Shown: piece after piece, positions 52,564 through 64,000 of the stretch
How positions within the stretch are numbered: position 1 is the first letter of the stretch
Layout of the letters: the number at the start of each line of letters is the position of its first letter
From: Vicugna vicugna
Lineage: Eukaryota
Length of the DNA: 64,000 nt
Reading direction: 5' to 3'
Assembly (NCBI GenBank): GCA_013265495.1
Contig: MU058844.1
Coordinates: 13,724,184 to 13,788,183 of the forward strand
Notes under the pieces: generated by a model
Told to the model about the DNA's origin: nothing
What the model saw: the letters and a program-made list of their open reading frames with translations, nothing else
The model's database searches: none
Position numbers and translations under genes: made by a program

Positions 52564-53249
52564 TAAAGCTACTCTTATAGTCTTGAGATAATGCAAACAG
52601 TTTGCTAAAGATTGACATGGGATAGGGATGAGCAAAGTTGATTGAAATGTGGTCTGCTAAGAGGCAGTACATTATGGAATTTAAAGGGTGATTAGAATAA
52701 AGTAGGAGTCACCCGTAAGGATTAAAAATTCAAACTTATAGTAAAATATTTTATTGCTATTTGCATTCCAGTCACATGAGTTTTAAACTGCAGTTATCTT
52801 GAAAATTTTTCTATAGTTCTCTCCTTATCCAATTGATTGCTAATTCTAAAATTCTTATCTTACTCTCTCTCACATATATATTCTTCCCATTCCCACAACT
52901 GCTGCCCTTTTGATATTATAGAAATAGCTCATAATGAACCTCCTGCCTCTCCTGCATGGATGATTTGTGGGAAGATTATGGCATTGTAGGAGAGTTGGAA
53001 CATGTATTTTTCCTTTAAAAAATTTGGTATTAGATGTTTTTAAAATGTTATTGAAAGAGATATTTTGGAAAAATAATTATAGCTTTATTGAATTTCCTTA
53101 CAGTTATTTTATGGTTTAGTTTTTTAATTATTTATTTGGGGAGTGCCAATTCCTCTTGCACTCTGTTGTGAAGGTAATCTTACTAAAGCAAAATTCAGAT
53201 ACTTACTGACGTCAAGCCATCCAAGGCTGTCCTTGTTTTCACAATACTT

Positions 53250-53950
53250 TGCATTCATTCTTTTTAAAATATTGAGTACCTTCTGTGTGCAAGTTGCTAT
53301 TTTGGGCACTGGAGATGAAGTAATGAACAAAGCAGACACAGACTTTACCCTTGTGGATTTTACATTTTATTAGGGGAGCAGGCAGAAAATAAATGAATAA
53401 TTAAACAGTGTGTATTATATGGTGGTAAAAGTATGGAGAAAAATATTTGATGAGATGAAGGCTGCAGTGTCATAGCTGTGGGGAAAGGCTTCAGTGGAAA
53501 GGAAGTATTTGAGCGGGGGCCTGAGGAAGTAAGGTAGGAGGCAGCGTGAAAGAGTAGGGGAAAGTGTGTTCAGGTGGAGACAGGAGCAAGCGCAAAGGTT
53601 CCATGCTGGAAGTGCACCTGGTGCGTGTAAGGAGCATCAGGGAGCCCATCTGGCCAGTGCTCGGTGGGAGGGGAGATGAGGCAAATGAAGTCAGGGAGTT
53701 TACAGAGTGTGTGAGGGCCCGTAGGTTATTATAAGGACTTCAACTCTACCCTGAGTCAGAAACCATTGACACGTTTTGAGCAGAAGCGCGACATGACCTG
53801 GTTTCTGGCTTCTGTTGATTACTGTGGCCACTATGTTGAAACACCTTGTAGGAGTGGGACAAGAGCTAAGTCAGGGTTAGGTGGTTATTGTAAAAATATA
53901 GGCAAGACAAGATGGCTTTCAGCAGAGAGGATGTTATAGCAGTGAGCTAT
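53250..53950 (-). mobile_element. L2a-like fragment including 3' end
   Basis: CATTCATTC..ATATTGAGTACCTTCTGTGTGCAAG..GGCACTGGAGAT..ATGAACAAAGCAGACA..CCTTGTGGATTTTACATT. Confidence 0.8.
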
Positions 53951-54258
53951 AGCCCCGCCTACCTATCTTGTCCCATTGCAGCCCAGAGGAGGGGAAGGCT
54001 GGTGTGGATGACAGTGCTTAGGGCAAGCCTGTAGCATAATGAGAGTAATATGGAGAATGAAGCCCTAGGAAACAGCGAACTGTGAGGGTAGCTGCCATTC
54101 CAGGCACATGGTGTTAAAGTCAGACTTCCTGATCTTTGAACATTCTTCCTTACTTTTTGGCCTTTGACCCTTTCCCTGAGCATTTGCTTATCTTTCCTAC
54201 ATGTCAAAAGTATTGTTAAAGATTTAAAGTTCATCTCAGACACCACAGATTTCATAGA

Positions 54259-54439
54259 TAGGGTTGTCAAGTTTAGCAACATAGGAGGTCCAATTAAATT
54301 TGAATTTCAGATAAACAATGAATAATTTTTTAGAATAACTATGTCCCAAATACTGCACAGTACATAGGTATACTAGTTTTTTCATTGTTTATTAAAATTC
54401 AGATTTCTCTGAGAGTCCTAAATTTTATCTGGCAGCCCA
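54259..54439 (-). mobile_element. MER53 palindromic MITE with 8-bp TSD
   Basis: TAGGGTTGTCAAGTTTAGCAA...TTAAATTTGAATTTCAGATAAACAATGAATAATTTTTTAG..TATGTCCCAAATA...TTTTATCTGGCAGCCCA. TSD TTCATAGA (54251-54258) / TTCATAAA (54440-54447). Confidence 0.88.
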
Positions 54440-54471
54440 TTCATAAACTGAATTTGAATGCTTTAATTAGG

Positions 54472-54870
54472 TGTCATTTCAGTCAGGATGGGCTATGTTA
54501 TGCTGCAGTAAAGTGAAACCCCAAAGTCTTAGAGACTTTAAACAATGAAGTTTTATCTCCTGCTCATACTACATGTACTCTGTGGGGCAGCAGAGAAGAC
54601 TTCTTAATTGTAGCTCTGCAGAGACTGCCATTTCAAAGCTGCTTCTCACTATGCCAGAGGGGAAAAAAGAGAGCCTTGCAGACTCTCACATTAGCAATTA
54701 AATGTTTTGGCCTGGAAGTAACAAACATAACCACTGCTTGCAACTCACTGGCCAGAAATAGTCCTTTGGGCCCATCACCTAAAGAGGAACCAGAGTTCAG
54801 TTCTGCATGCCCTGGGAAAGAGGGGACTGGAACTATGTAGAGAAAAGCACCAATGATGTAATCCCTAAAT
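54472..54870 (-). mobile_element. Old MLT1 (J/K/L-like) LTR
   Basis: AGTCAGGATGGGCTATGTTATGCTGCAGTAA..CCCCAAA...TTTGGCCTGGAAGTAACA..CTCACTGGCCAGAAATAGTC. Confidence 0.7.
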
Positions 54871-56402
54871 ACAGTTCTCCATAGGCGTAATCTGCCCTTC
54901 CTTGAGCCGCTGAGGAGTTGATTTATAATTCCCTGATGATATTTATCTTTAACTTGTAGTTCAGCCATCTTCTTCTTATTTAATCCTCTTGGGATAAGAA
55001 ATTATCTGAGAGTCAGATCCTAGAATTTTATTGACAGAGACTAGAACTTCAATTCATGTATGTTGAATTGGTCCTACATTTCCTGCCTCACTCACCTTCC
55101 TGTAGGCCCAGCCCTGTGTGAAGGCGATGTGATGTCATCTGAATGTTGCTGTTGAGGTGTCCACAGTTGTGGTCTTCACTGGTCTTTCAGGTACACAGGC
55201 TCCCCACTCCTCATTTGCCTGGCTGTCCCCTCTTGCTGTTTTCCTGGAGGTTCTGAATGGCAGGCAGGAAGCAGATCCCTGTGCTTCTGGACACTACAGA
55301 TTCTCTGCTCTTTGTACCTCTTTTTATTGCTATCTGCAGCTTGGAGGAATTAATCTGGTATTCATTTCTTTCTCTTAGCCTTTTCCTTCTTTGCTATCCT
55401 TTCAATCAGGTCAGATAAACAGATGTTCACACAGATTAAGTGCATGTGTACAAAACTCAGTTAATTCAATAAAGCATTTAGGAAAATACATTGACTACTC
55501 AAATGAGAGACTTCTTCCTGAATCCATTTGGGATCATGAACCAAATTTTGGTGGATTTCAGCCAGGAATAGACTTCATTTCCTAATTTCATCATTTTTCA
55601 ACTGAGAAGACACATTCCAATAAATACCAAGAATTGGGGAATGGAAGAAATTTTGAGATTCAGATTCCAGCTGAAGACTGGATCTAAATGACTACTTTTC
55701 TATCTGAAAGGAGTGGCTCAGAGCCAACACTTGTACTATATCAAGGAAAATTTATTTGTGTCTCAGTAAGAGACATTTTCAGACTAAACGACAGTCCTGC
55801 AAAGTTTCCATTTCTCTTGTGGTGAGAAGGAGGCAAGATAAGTTTTTTGCTGTGCTCTATTTTATATTCACGAAGGAAATCTGTGTGCCATAGAGAACAT
55901 GAAAAGTGATTAACGTGGTCATCCAGTTACCATGTTTCAGAACACCTGAAAAATTAGTTTTATAAATCCACACCCGTTTTGTGACAGTTTAGCCATCTGT
56001 TTAATAATATTTAAGAATTCTGATCAAACTTAACTAATGATCTAGAATATTCAAGTGTGCTTTTGTTTTGATAACCTACCTAAATTATGGAACCAGGCTG
56101 GAAAAATGTTAGAGCTATGAGGAAGAATAATATTTAACTCAGATTCAATTGAAATCTATATTAAAGAAATTACTGTCTTTAAAATGAATTTTTTTGTTGT
56201 TGTTGGAAGGGATTACATAGATACTAAAAATTAAAAAAATGAAAGTCAGAAGATGAGGAAATGAAAGCATCTTGAAACTAATTGTATTAGTTAAAATTCC
56301 TTCCAAACTAGTTTTTTACTTTGTTGTCCAGTGAAGAGGAAGTACAAATGAAGTGGTTGAGATTAGTTGAGATTATTTGAGAATATTTGATTAGTTGAGA
56401 AC

Positions 56403-56404
<2 letters not shown>

Positions 56405-56438
<34 letters not shown>
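56405..56438. repeat. (TA)17 microsatellite
   Basis: Perfect TA run. Confidence 0.95.
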
Positions 56439-56443
<5 letters not shown>

Positions 56444-58994
56444 TTTGATTTCACAAATTTTAGAGAGAATTTTTATTTTGCACCCTAAATGACACTGTCT
56501 TATCACTAGTAATGGAACATTATTGAAGATCTTGTTATATCAATTTTGAGTAGTTTGTGCTATTTCATTAGATAAAATTCAGCTTGTTTTGTTAGAGTTG
56601 TTGCATTTTATATCTATTTTGTGAAAGTCAATTATTCATCCATTTATTCAAAAATGTTTTTATTCGGTGTTCACTGTGTGCCAGGCACTGTGCTAGGTGC
56701 TAGGTAGAGATTTACCTGGGAAAGACTCTCAGAGCCCAGACAAAAGCTTTATGCTTCAAAGAGATTTTAATTACTGTGATTTATTTATGGTTTCTGGGTT
56801 TCAAAAATGGAGGTGACACACAAGTAAATGAATTGCCTGGTGGGAAGAGAACTTTGACAAAGAAATGTTTGCACTTTCCTTTTTGGCACCTGTCTCAACT
56901 AAAGATTGATGATTAAAAACATCTACCTGACTTTTGCAAAGGAAAGCCTTTCTGTTAGTCTTACTATTTGCATTATATTTTTGAGCAACTCTTTGCAAAG
57001 AATCACAGCTGTGGTTTAAACCAAATAAAAACATCTTTAAGTGAAAATTGTGTAAACTTAGCTTCCAAAAATATTGAAACAGATTTTTAATATTTATTTT
57101 GGCTAAATTAAATATGTTTGAAGAGATTTTAGTTTCTAGCCAATCATAGACTTGTAGATTATTTACAACCCCTAATGATTACAAAATTATTTGGGAATAT
57201 GATTGATGAGGGAATAAACATCTTAAAAAATATTTGAGCAGTTCTCCTTCTGCTCATAATGATTTTAAATAGAAAATGAAGTTATCAAAATAAAAGAAAC
57301 TTGAAAGGCTATCTTTATGTTTGTGATTCTCCAAACAATTGTGTTTTGTTTAATTTTTACCAAGTTGTATCTTCCTAGTAAGTTTACGTAAAACATATTG
57401 TCTGTATGGAAACCATGCAATTGATAATTACAGAGCGTAGGAATTAGAACAACTTTCTGGGTCTGCAGCCTGGCACTACCACTTTCAACTTCCTTAGGAC
57501 GTTGGACAATCAGCTTCTTTGACTCAGTTTTTTGTTTTGCGGACAGGGCTGATGATACATGTTTGCTCTTTTTTTGCTTTGAGAAAGGCCTGACTACAAT
57601 AGCTGGCAAATAGATGGGTGCATAATAAGTAGTTCATTATTATTTCTTATAGACTGTATTTACTACATATACCTATTAGACTTACACATAGTAAATACTC
57701 AAAAGATATATAAAAGGCATTAAATAATTTTTTTCTCCGAGGCTTGATTGATTTTTCCCAACATAACCTTTCAGCTTTCTCAAATCATTCATTGAAAAAA
57801 AGAAAAGCTACAACATTCATTTTGTCTGTTACAGGAAGGTAAATGATGACCAGCAAGAAGAGATTAGATTTTTTTGGACATAGGAATTCCAGATCACTCA
57901 GATGTGGAGCTCCTTTTGGCAATCTCATATTATACATTTTTAACAAAGAGTTGTCATTCAAATATGGAAGATAAAATGTAGAGATTAAAGCAAAATTGGA
58001 AATGATGATTGAGGATTTAGGATAACTTTTTTATGCATTATAGATTAAAGACCATCAGGGTGTCAGAAAATCTTGAGACACTGTCATATACACAGCTGTG
58101 ATTAAATTCTCTTATAAAATAGAACTTTTCTGAAAAGAAAGAGGATTTTGAAAATGAAAATAATAAAACATTTATCCAGTAGAACATGTGATTTAATGAC
58201 TCAATCTTTCTCAGTGGTACTTTTGAGAATATAGAAACAGCAAAAGCATAGAGCTGTAAACACAGTGCAGCAATTGTAACTCAGATTGGCGGGAGAAAGA
58301 CCTCTTTGCTAAGACAACTCTAATTATCAACCTTTATTTATTTTTAATAACTTGTGTCTTTACGTGCGTTAACCTCAAGTTTAGTTTCTTTGTGCAATTT
58401 CCTCATTGTGTCATTTTAGTATTTATGATTTTCTTTTCATACGTTACATTTATAAATGGTTCCTAGCTTGCAATTATCATTATTTCTAAAGAGAAAAATG
58501 TGACTCATCAGTCACAATAAAAATATAAAATTTTTATTTTATATTTTCAAGAAAAATGCTAGTTTTTAATTCATCAGCTTACTCTTTGTAGTATTTTCTA
58601 AGTGAATTTTATTTTACAAATGAAAAAATTCAATAAATATTACATGCTTGTGGTTAAATAGAAACAAAAGGAGAACAAAATGCAGGTAATAGAGTAAAAA
58701 TTCACCCATAACCATATGCCTCCTGATAACCACCATTACTATTTAGATATACATTGTTTTATATTTTTCATATGTACACATGTACATGAATGCACATACC
58801 ACACTGTTTTATTCTACAAAAATTAAATCATGTAATACAGTTTTGTTCTCTCTCTCTTTTTTACTGAACAACATACATAGACTGTCATTTCTGTCTGAAT
58901 ATAGATCTACATAGTAATTTTAATGATACATAATATTCCATAGGAGGCTACATTATTTATTTAACCTTTTTTGAACATTTAGGATATTTCTGAA

Positions 58995-59200
58995 AGGCAG
59001 TAATAGATGTATAATAGTTAAGAGCATGGTCCCTAGATCCAGACTTCTTCTGTTCAAGTGTCTGCTGTGTCACTAACGGATGAGTAATCTTGGGGAATGC
59101 TTTTTTCATCACTCTGTTGCTGCGTTTCCTCACAGGTTAAACAGAAATTGTAATAGTAATGATTTCAAGGTTGTTGTGAGGATTTAATGGATTAATGTTA
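58995..59200 (+). mobile_element. MIR SINE
   Basis: TAGTTAAGAGCATGG..CTAGATCCAGAC...GTTTCCTCAC..GGTTGTTGTGAGGATTTAATG. Confidence 0.7.
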
Positions 59201-59449
59201 AAAATCATAACATTTATAAAATTAAGATTAATGTTGGGCTGGAAAAGCAGAGTGAAATCTCATTGCTGGTGCAAAATAGTCCTTCTAGAGGAGAGGCCTG
59301 GAACAAACATTCTGCAGGGCTCAGCCTTAGACATTTAAATCAGAGATGCTTTGAATCATACAGAAAATGCAAAATACACCTGAGCCACCTGATCCAGTTC
59401 AGTTCCGTATTTTTTTTTTTTTAGCTCCTCAAACTATCTGCCTAACAGC

Positions 59450-60120
59450 AGAAAGGATAAATCTGCTCTGGGGAAAACTTCAGCCTATGTATTTTTTTTA
59501 ACATACAATGTCTGATATATAAATGAAAACTTGAAAGACAAATGAAAAGGCAAGAAAATCAAGGGAAAAATAGGCAATAGATGCAGACACACAGAGAATT
59601 CATATGCTAGGACTGGCAGATAAGAACTCTAACTATAGTGGACATATTAAACATGAAGAAAATATGAATTTAAAAAGATGAAATTTGAAGAATGGAGAAT
59701 TTTATATAGACCTTCAGACTATCAGAGAGATTGAAGTGCATATTCTACTAATGCTTAAGTTAAGAACTCATTAGTTTGAGTTCACAGACTAGAGATGTCA
59801 GAACACAAGTTTAGTGAAATCAAGAGCCAGATCAATAAAAAACACAACTGGAACACAGGGGGAAGAAAGAATAAAAAGAAAAGAAAACTTAAGAGATATG
59901 TGGAGTGTAATAAATGGTGCAAACATTGGGAAACTGGAGTACTAGAAAGAGAAGAATGAATGAAAGAAACAGTATTTAAAATGATAGTGGCTGAGGGTTT
60001 TCCAGAACTGACAAAATTCAGGTTCAAGAAGTTCAGAGAACCCTAACTGGGAAAATGAAACACATCTAGGAACATAATATTAAAATTTCTGATAATTATA
60101 AATAAAAAGAAACTTTTGAC
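59450..60120 (+). mobile_element. Ancient L1/HAL1 ORF1-region fragment
   Basis: GGAGTACTAGAAAGAGAAGAATG..AGTATTTAAAATGATAGTGGCTGAGGGTTTTCCAGAACTGA..TTCAAGAAGTTCAGAGAACCC..CACATCTAGGAACATAAT. Confidence 0.6.
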
Positions 60121-60194
60121 AAATATTTGACTGGATTTATAACTATTAAGAAACAAGACTCAACTATATGCCAGGCACTGTTCTGTGTACTTGT

Positions 60195-61820
60195 ATAGCA
60201 TCTAAGAAGCCATTACCTAAACCAAAATCACAAGGATTTACTTCTATGTTTTCTTTTAAGTGTTTTATAGTTTCGCTCTTACATTTAGGTCTATTATCCA
60301 TTTTTTTTGTTGTTGTTAATTTTCTCATAGGCTCCAAGTTAAAGAACTAACTTCTCTCATTGCATGTGAATATCCCAGCACCACATACTGAAAAGACAAT
60401 TATTTTCACCATTGAATTGTATTAGCACCCTTGTCAAAAATTAATTGACTGTAAATTTAAGGGTTTAATTCTGGAATCTCAGTCTTATTTCATTGATCCA
60501 TATTTGTATCCTTATGGTAATACTACACTGTCTTGATTACCATAGTTTTGTGGTAAATTTTGTAATTAACAAGTGTGAATCTTCCAACTTTTTTTTTTCT
60601 TAAAATTATTTTGGCTATCCTATTTTCCTGGAATTTCCTAATGAGTTTTAATATCAGCTTGTCATTATCTGCAAAAAAGGCAGCTGGCGTTTTGTTGAGT
60701 CTGTAGATCAACTGGGAAGTATTGCCATCTTAACAATATTGCCTTCTGATCCATGAATGTGGATTATCTTCTTGTTTATTTAGATGTTTTGAAGTTTCTT
60801 TTAAATGTATTTGTAATTATCAATGTACAAATCTTGCACTTCTTTTATTAAATTTGTTCCCAATTATTTTTGATGCTACTTTAAATGGAATTATCTCCTG
60901 AATTTTATTTTTGGTTTGTTCATTGCTGGTGTTTAGAAATGCAGTTGATTTTTACATGTTTATCTTGTATTCTGCAAATTTGCTGAAATTGTTTATGAGT
61001 TATAAATTTTTCGGTGGATTCTTTATTATCATGATCATGTCATCTGCAAATACTTATTTTGTGATTCAAAAGCCTTTGATTTCTTTTTCGTGTATAATTT
61101 TTCTGGTTAGGACTTCCAGTACAGTGTTGAATAGAAGTGGCAAGAGTGTACATCCTCATCTTTTTCCTGGTACTAGATTCTTCCTGATCTTAGGCTTCTG
61201 CCATTAAGTATAAGGGGCATTTATACATACCCTTTATCAGGATGAGTAAGTTCCCTTCTATTCCTAGATTTTTTTTTTTACTATTTTTATCATGAAAGTG
61301 TTGAATTTTGTCCAGTGCTTTTTCCTGCATTAGTTAAGATGATTATGTGGGTTTTGTAATAATATAATTTATTACATTGATTAATTTGCAAATTTAATCT
61401 ACTCTTGTATTGCTGGGATAAGTCCACCTGGTCATGATATATAATTCTTTTTAAATTTTATTCAATTCAGTTTATTGGTATTTTGTTAAGGAGGTTTTTT
61501 GGTCTATATTCATAAGTATTGTTATGCAGTTGTGCGTCTGTGTGTGTGTGTGTGTCTGTGTGTGCGCACGCGCGTTCGTGTGTGATATCTTTTTCTGGTT
61601 TTGGTATTAGGACAACAGTGGTATCACAGAATGGTCTAGAAAGTGTTCCCTTCTCTTCTATTTTTTGGAATAATTTGTGAGAGATTGGTATTAATTCTTT
61701 AAATGTTTGGTGGCATTCACTAGTGGAACGATGAACGTTGGGTTTTTTGGTTTTTTTTTGGTGGGGAAATAGTTTTTTAAATTACTACTTCAATTTCATT
61801 ACTTGTTATAGTTCTACTTA
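60195..61820 (-). mobile_element. L1M ORF2 fragment (RT/C-terminal region)
   Basis: Minus-strand peptide IYRLNKTPAAFFADNDKLILKLIRKFQENRIAKIILRKKKVGRFTLVNYKIYHKTMVIKTV matches L1 ORF2p IYRFNAIPIK..FF.ELEK..LKFIW..KR.RIAK.IL.KKNKAGGITLPDFKLYYKA.V.KT. Confidence 0.9.
61531..61584. repeat. (TG)n/(CG) alternating purine-pyrimidine microsatellite inside L1
   Basis: TGTGCGTCTGTGTGTGTGTGTGTGTCTGTGTGTGCGCACGCGCGTTCGTGTGTG. Confidence 0.9.
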
Positions 61821-64000
61821 GTCCACTGATAACATACAGGATAGATATTATAAATACTTCTAATCAGGCTTAAAGATAACAATGCAGATTTCCTTTTATT
61901 GGTTTCCCTTGAAATTTTTTATGAATGGGCCCTGTGGATTTGTAAGACATACTAGGAAACTGTACAGGATCACTATTTTGACCTGAACAAATGAGAATCA
62001 CTAAGAAATGAAGTAGGAATTTAAGTATGTGTAGCAGTCATGACTTGGCCTAAGAATAATGGCTGTAACTGCAGTAGTTTGGTGAATCTTCTGGTGGTGA
62101 AGTTAGGGAAGCACATAACTGAAAAAATTGACAGTTTCTTAAATGGACTTTCAAAGCATTAATGAATATTCAAAAAATTAATTCCCTTTAAAATAATTCA
62201 TGCAGATGAAAATACTTTTGTTTCAATCATCTTTGATCTATGAAAAATGCAGACAAAACTCCAGGTGCCATACTATTGGCTATTCTCCTAGGTAAAAAAT
62301 AGATTTAGGAGGGGAAATAAAACAGCAGTTGTTACAGGTCTGTGTTTAAGGAACTGTAACTTACTTACCCAGAGAACATTTATGTTCTTCTTGCAGCTGT
62401 CTGGGGGGTCCGTTACCCGAACTCTACCTGGCAGCAGTTTAGTCCAGAAGAATGCACTCCAGTTACGGCTCAATAGTGATGCCCAAGTGCGTTAAGTGAA
62501 AAGCCTGCAGGGACAGTGGCTACTGGCAAAGGGTCAGAAATCCAAATGGTTTCTAGGAACCGGAATATTCTAGTTAGAGCACAATGTGAAATGTGTTGGG
62601 ATACGTGTGGGGCTGAGGGTGTGGCTTGATCTGTGATACTCCAGGGTGTTCATACGATAATGTAACCAGAGTCGTCCCTACAGTGGACGCCGATTTGTTG
62701 TACAAAATGAAGTGAATCAAATTCAGTTTTAGATGGTGGTGTGTTCTTTGGGCTGAGTGCACATAAGCAGGACCAACACGTGCACTTGAGAATTACACGA
62801 ATTCCAAACCGTTTTCCCCACTGAAAAAATATTTTAAAAATACAAAAAATTAAATGTGAGGCTAATGATGTGCAGATGCTGGCCCTGGTTCTCCTCAGAT
62901 AACCAAAGAGAAGCTAGTTACACAGCAGGGAGCCCAAGTCAGGTATTAAAGGTGATTGTTTGTGAGAGTTTTGGGAATTTGTGAGTTCTGGTATCATCCT
63001 GTTGCCCTTCTTTCGTGTTATTCTTGCAACTGTCAGTCCGGGGAGAGTGAGATTTTCCCCAAGGTAGCTTTAGAATCCCCGGGGTTTGTTGTGCAGTAGC
63101 AGCCACAATCTTTGCAGGAAGTTTGGTGGCTGTTTTTGAAACTGGGTCACAGTTAGGAGATTTCTAGCAAAACTATAAGTGTTTTAACATAAACACTTAG
63201 CATTCAGATTTTTAGGTTTCAGCAAAATAACTCATCTTCCCTTTTACGTAATGTAATCTATATTTTCCAAATCATTGAAGTTACAGTGTAAGCTTTTCTA
63301 AATTACGTTCAAGATTATGTCATCAGCTTTAAAAAAAAAAATGGAGCAAAAGTAGTTGGGTTGAGTTAAATAGCAATAGATATTTCTTACATGGGCCACA
63401 TATCTCTCTCATACTTTTGAAGTTTAACAATCCATAGAAGGATGTGTGTGCTTAATGCCATATTTAATGCTCAGAATTTTTCAACTGTAAGTGGCTGGTA
63501 TTAAAACAAATTATTAATGTGCAGAAACTAAATGCATTTGTTCCAAATGACAAGTGTTCTTTTTCACCATCTGGTTGATTTTCAGCTTAGGAATCCCACT
63601 TGAAAAAATAGGTTTCTCCCAACAACTCTTTGTTTATTCTCTGCAATGATTTTACAGTAGCCTCTCTTTTGCCTGAAGCATGATCTCTCAGTCCTTTTCC
63701 CTTTGGGGTTCTTGGCCAAGAAATTACAGACGAAAAGGAAATAAAACATCAGCTTTATTAATTCATGGAAAAGCACACATTGATAGCAACTCCTACTTTT
63801 TTTTTTTCACCTCCTCCTGACTCCCTTCCTCTCCTCTTGCCTGGCTTCTCAGGGAAGCTGCAGCACTGGCCTTAGGATCCTCCCATCACCCCCTGAACGG
63901 AACACGGACTCACATGCTTAGACGAAGAGACGGGTCTGGATCTGCAGATCCACTTTTACAAACAGTCAAGTAGGTCTGCTTTGTGAGGACCAATTACAAG

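Noticed and set aside
23000..64000. Numerous 60-115 aa intronic ORFs
   Set aside because: Consistent with chance ORFs in AT-rich or repeat-derived DNA, with no recognisable homology apart from L1 ORF2 pieces.

Overview
This is mammalian genomic DNA, probably camelid (a Vic-1-like tRNA-derived SINE and cetartiodactyl-type L1 3' ends). It holds the 5' end of KCNC2 (Kv3.2, Shaw-family voltage-gated K+ channel) on the + strand. A CpG island spans ~20.2-22.6 kb. A non-coding first exon ends at a donor at 20738, and a ~1.15 kb G-rich first intron follows. The first coding exon (21887-22592) encodes residues 1-229, including the T1 domain. The remaining ~41 kb is the start of the next intron, with no further KCNC2 exon recognised. 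The rest is AT-rich DNA dense in decayed transposons: L1, L2, L3/CR1, MIR, MLT1 LTRs, MER5, MER46C, two MER53 and one SINE. I see no evidence of a wholly new multi-gene system. The most interesting signal is the predicted KCNC2 leader: four upstream AUGs covering all three frames, an AUGA stop-start overlap, and a splice junction that sets the Kozak context of a uORF overlapping the main start. Secondary observations are an ORF2-less L1 with an apparent target-site duplication (TSD), a still-readable CR1 fossil, and MER53 hairpins with a miR-1302-like sequence. Repeat names and comparisons to human come from recall, not from a search, and many repeat boundaries are approximate.
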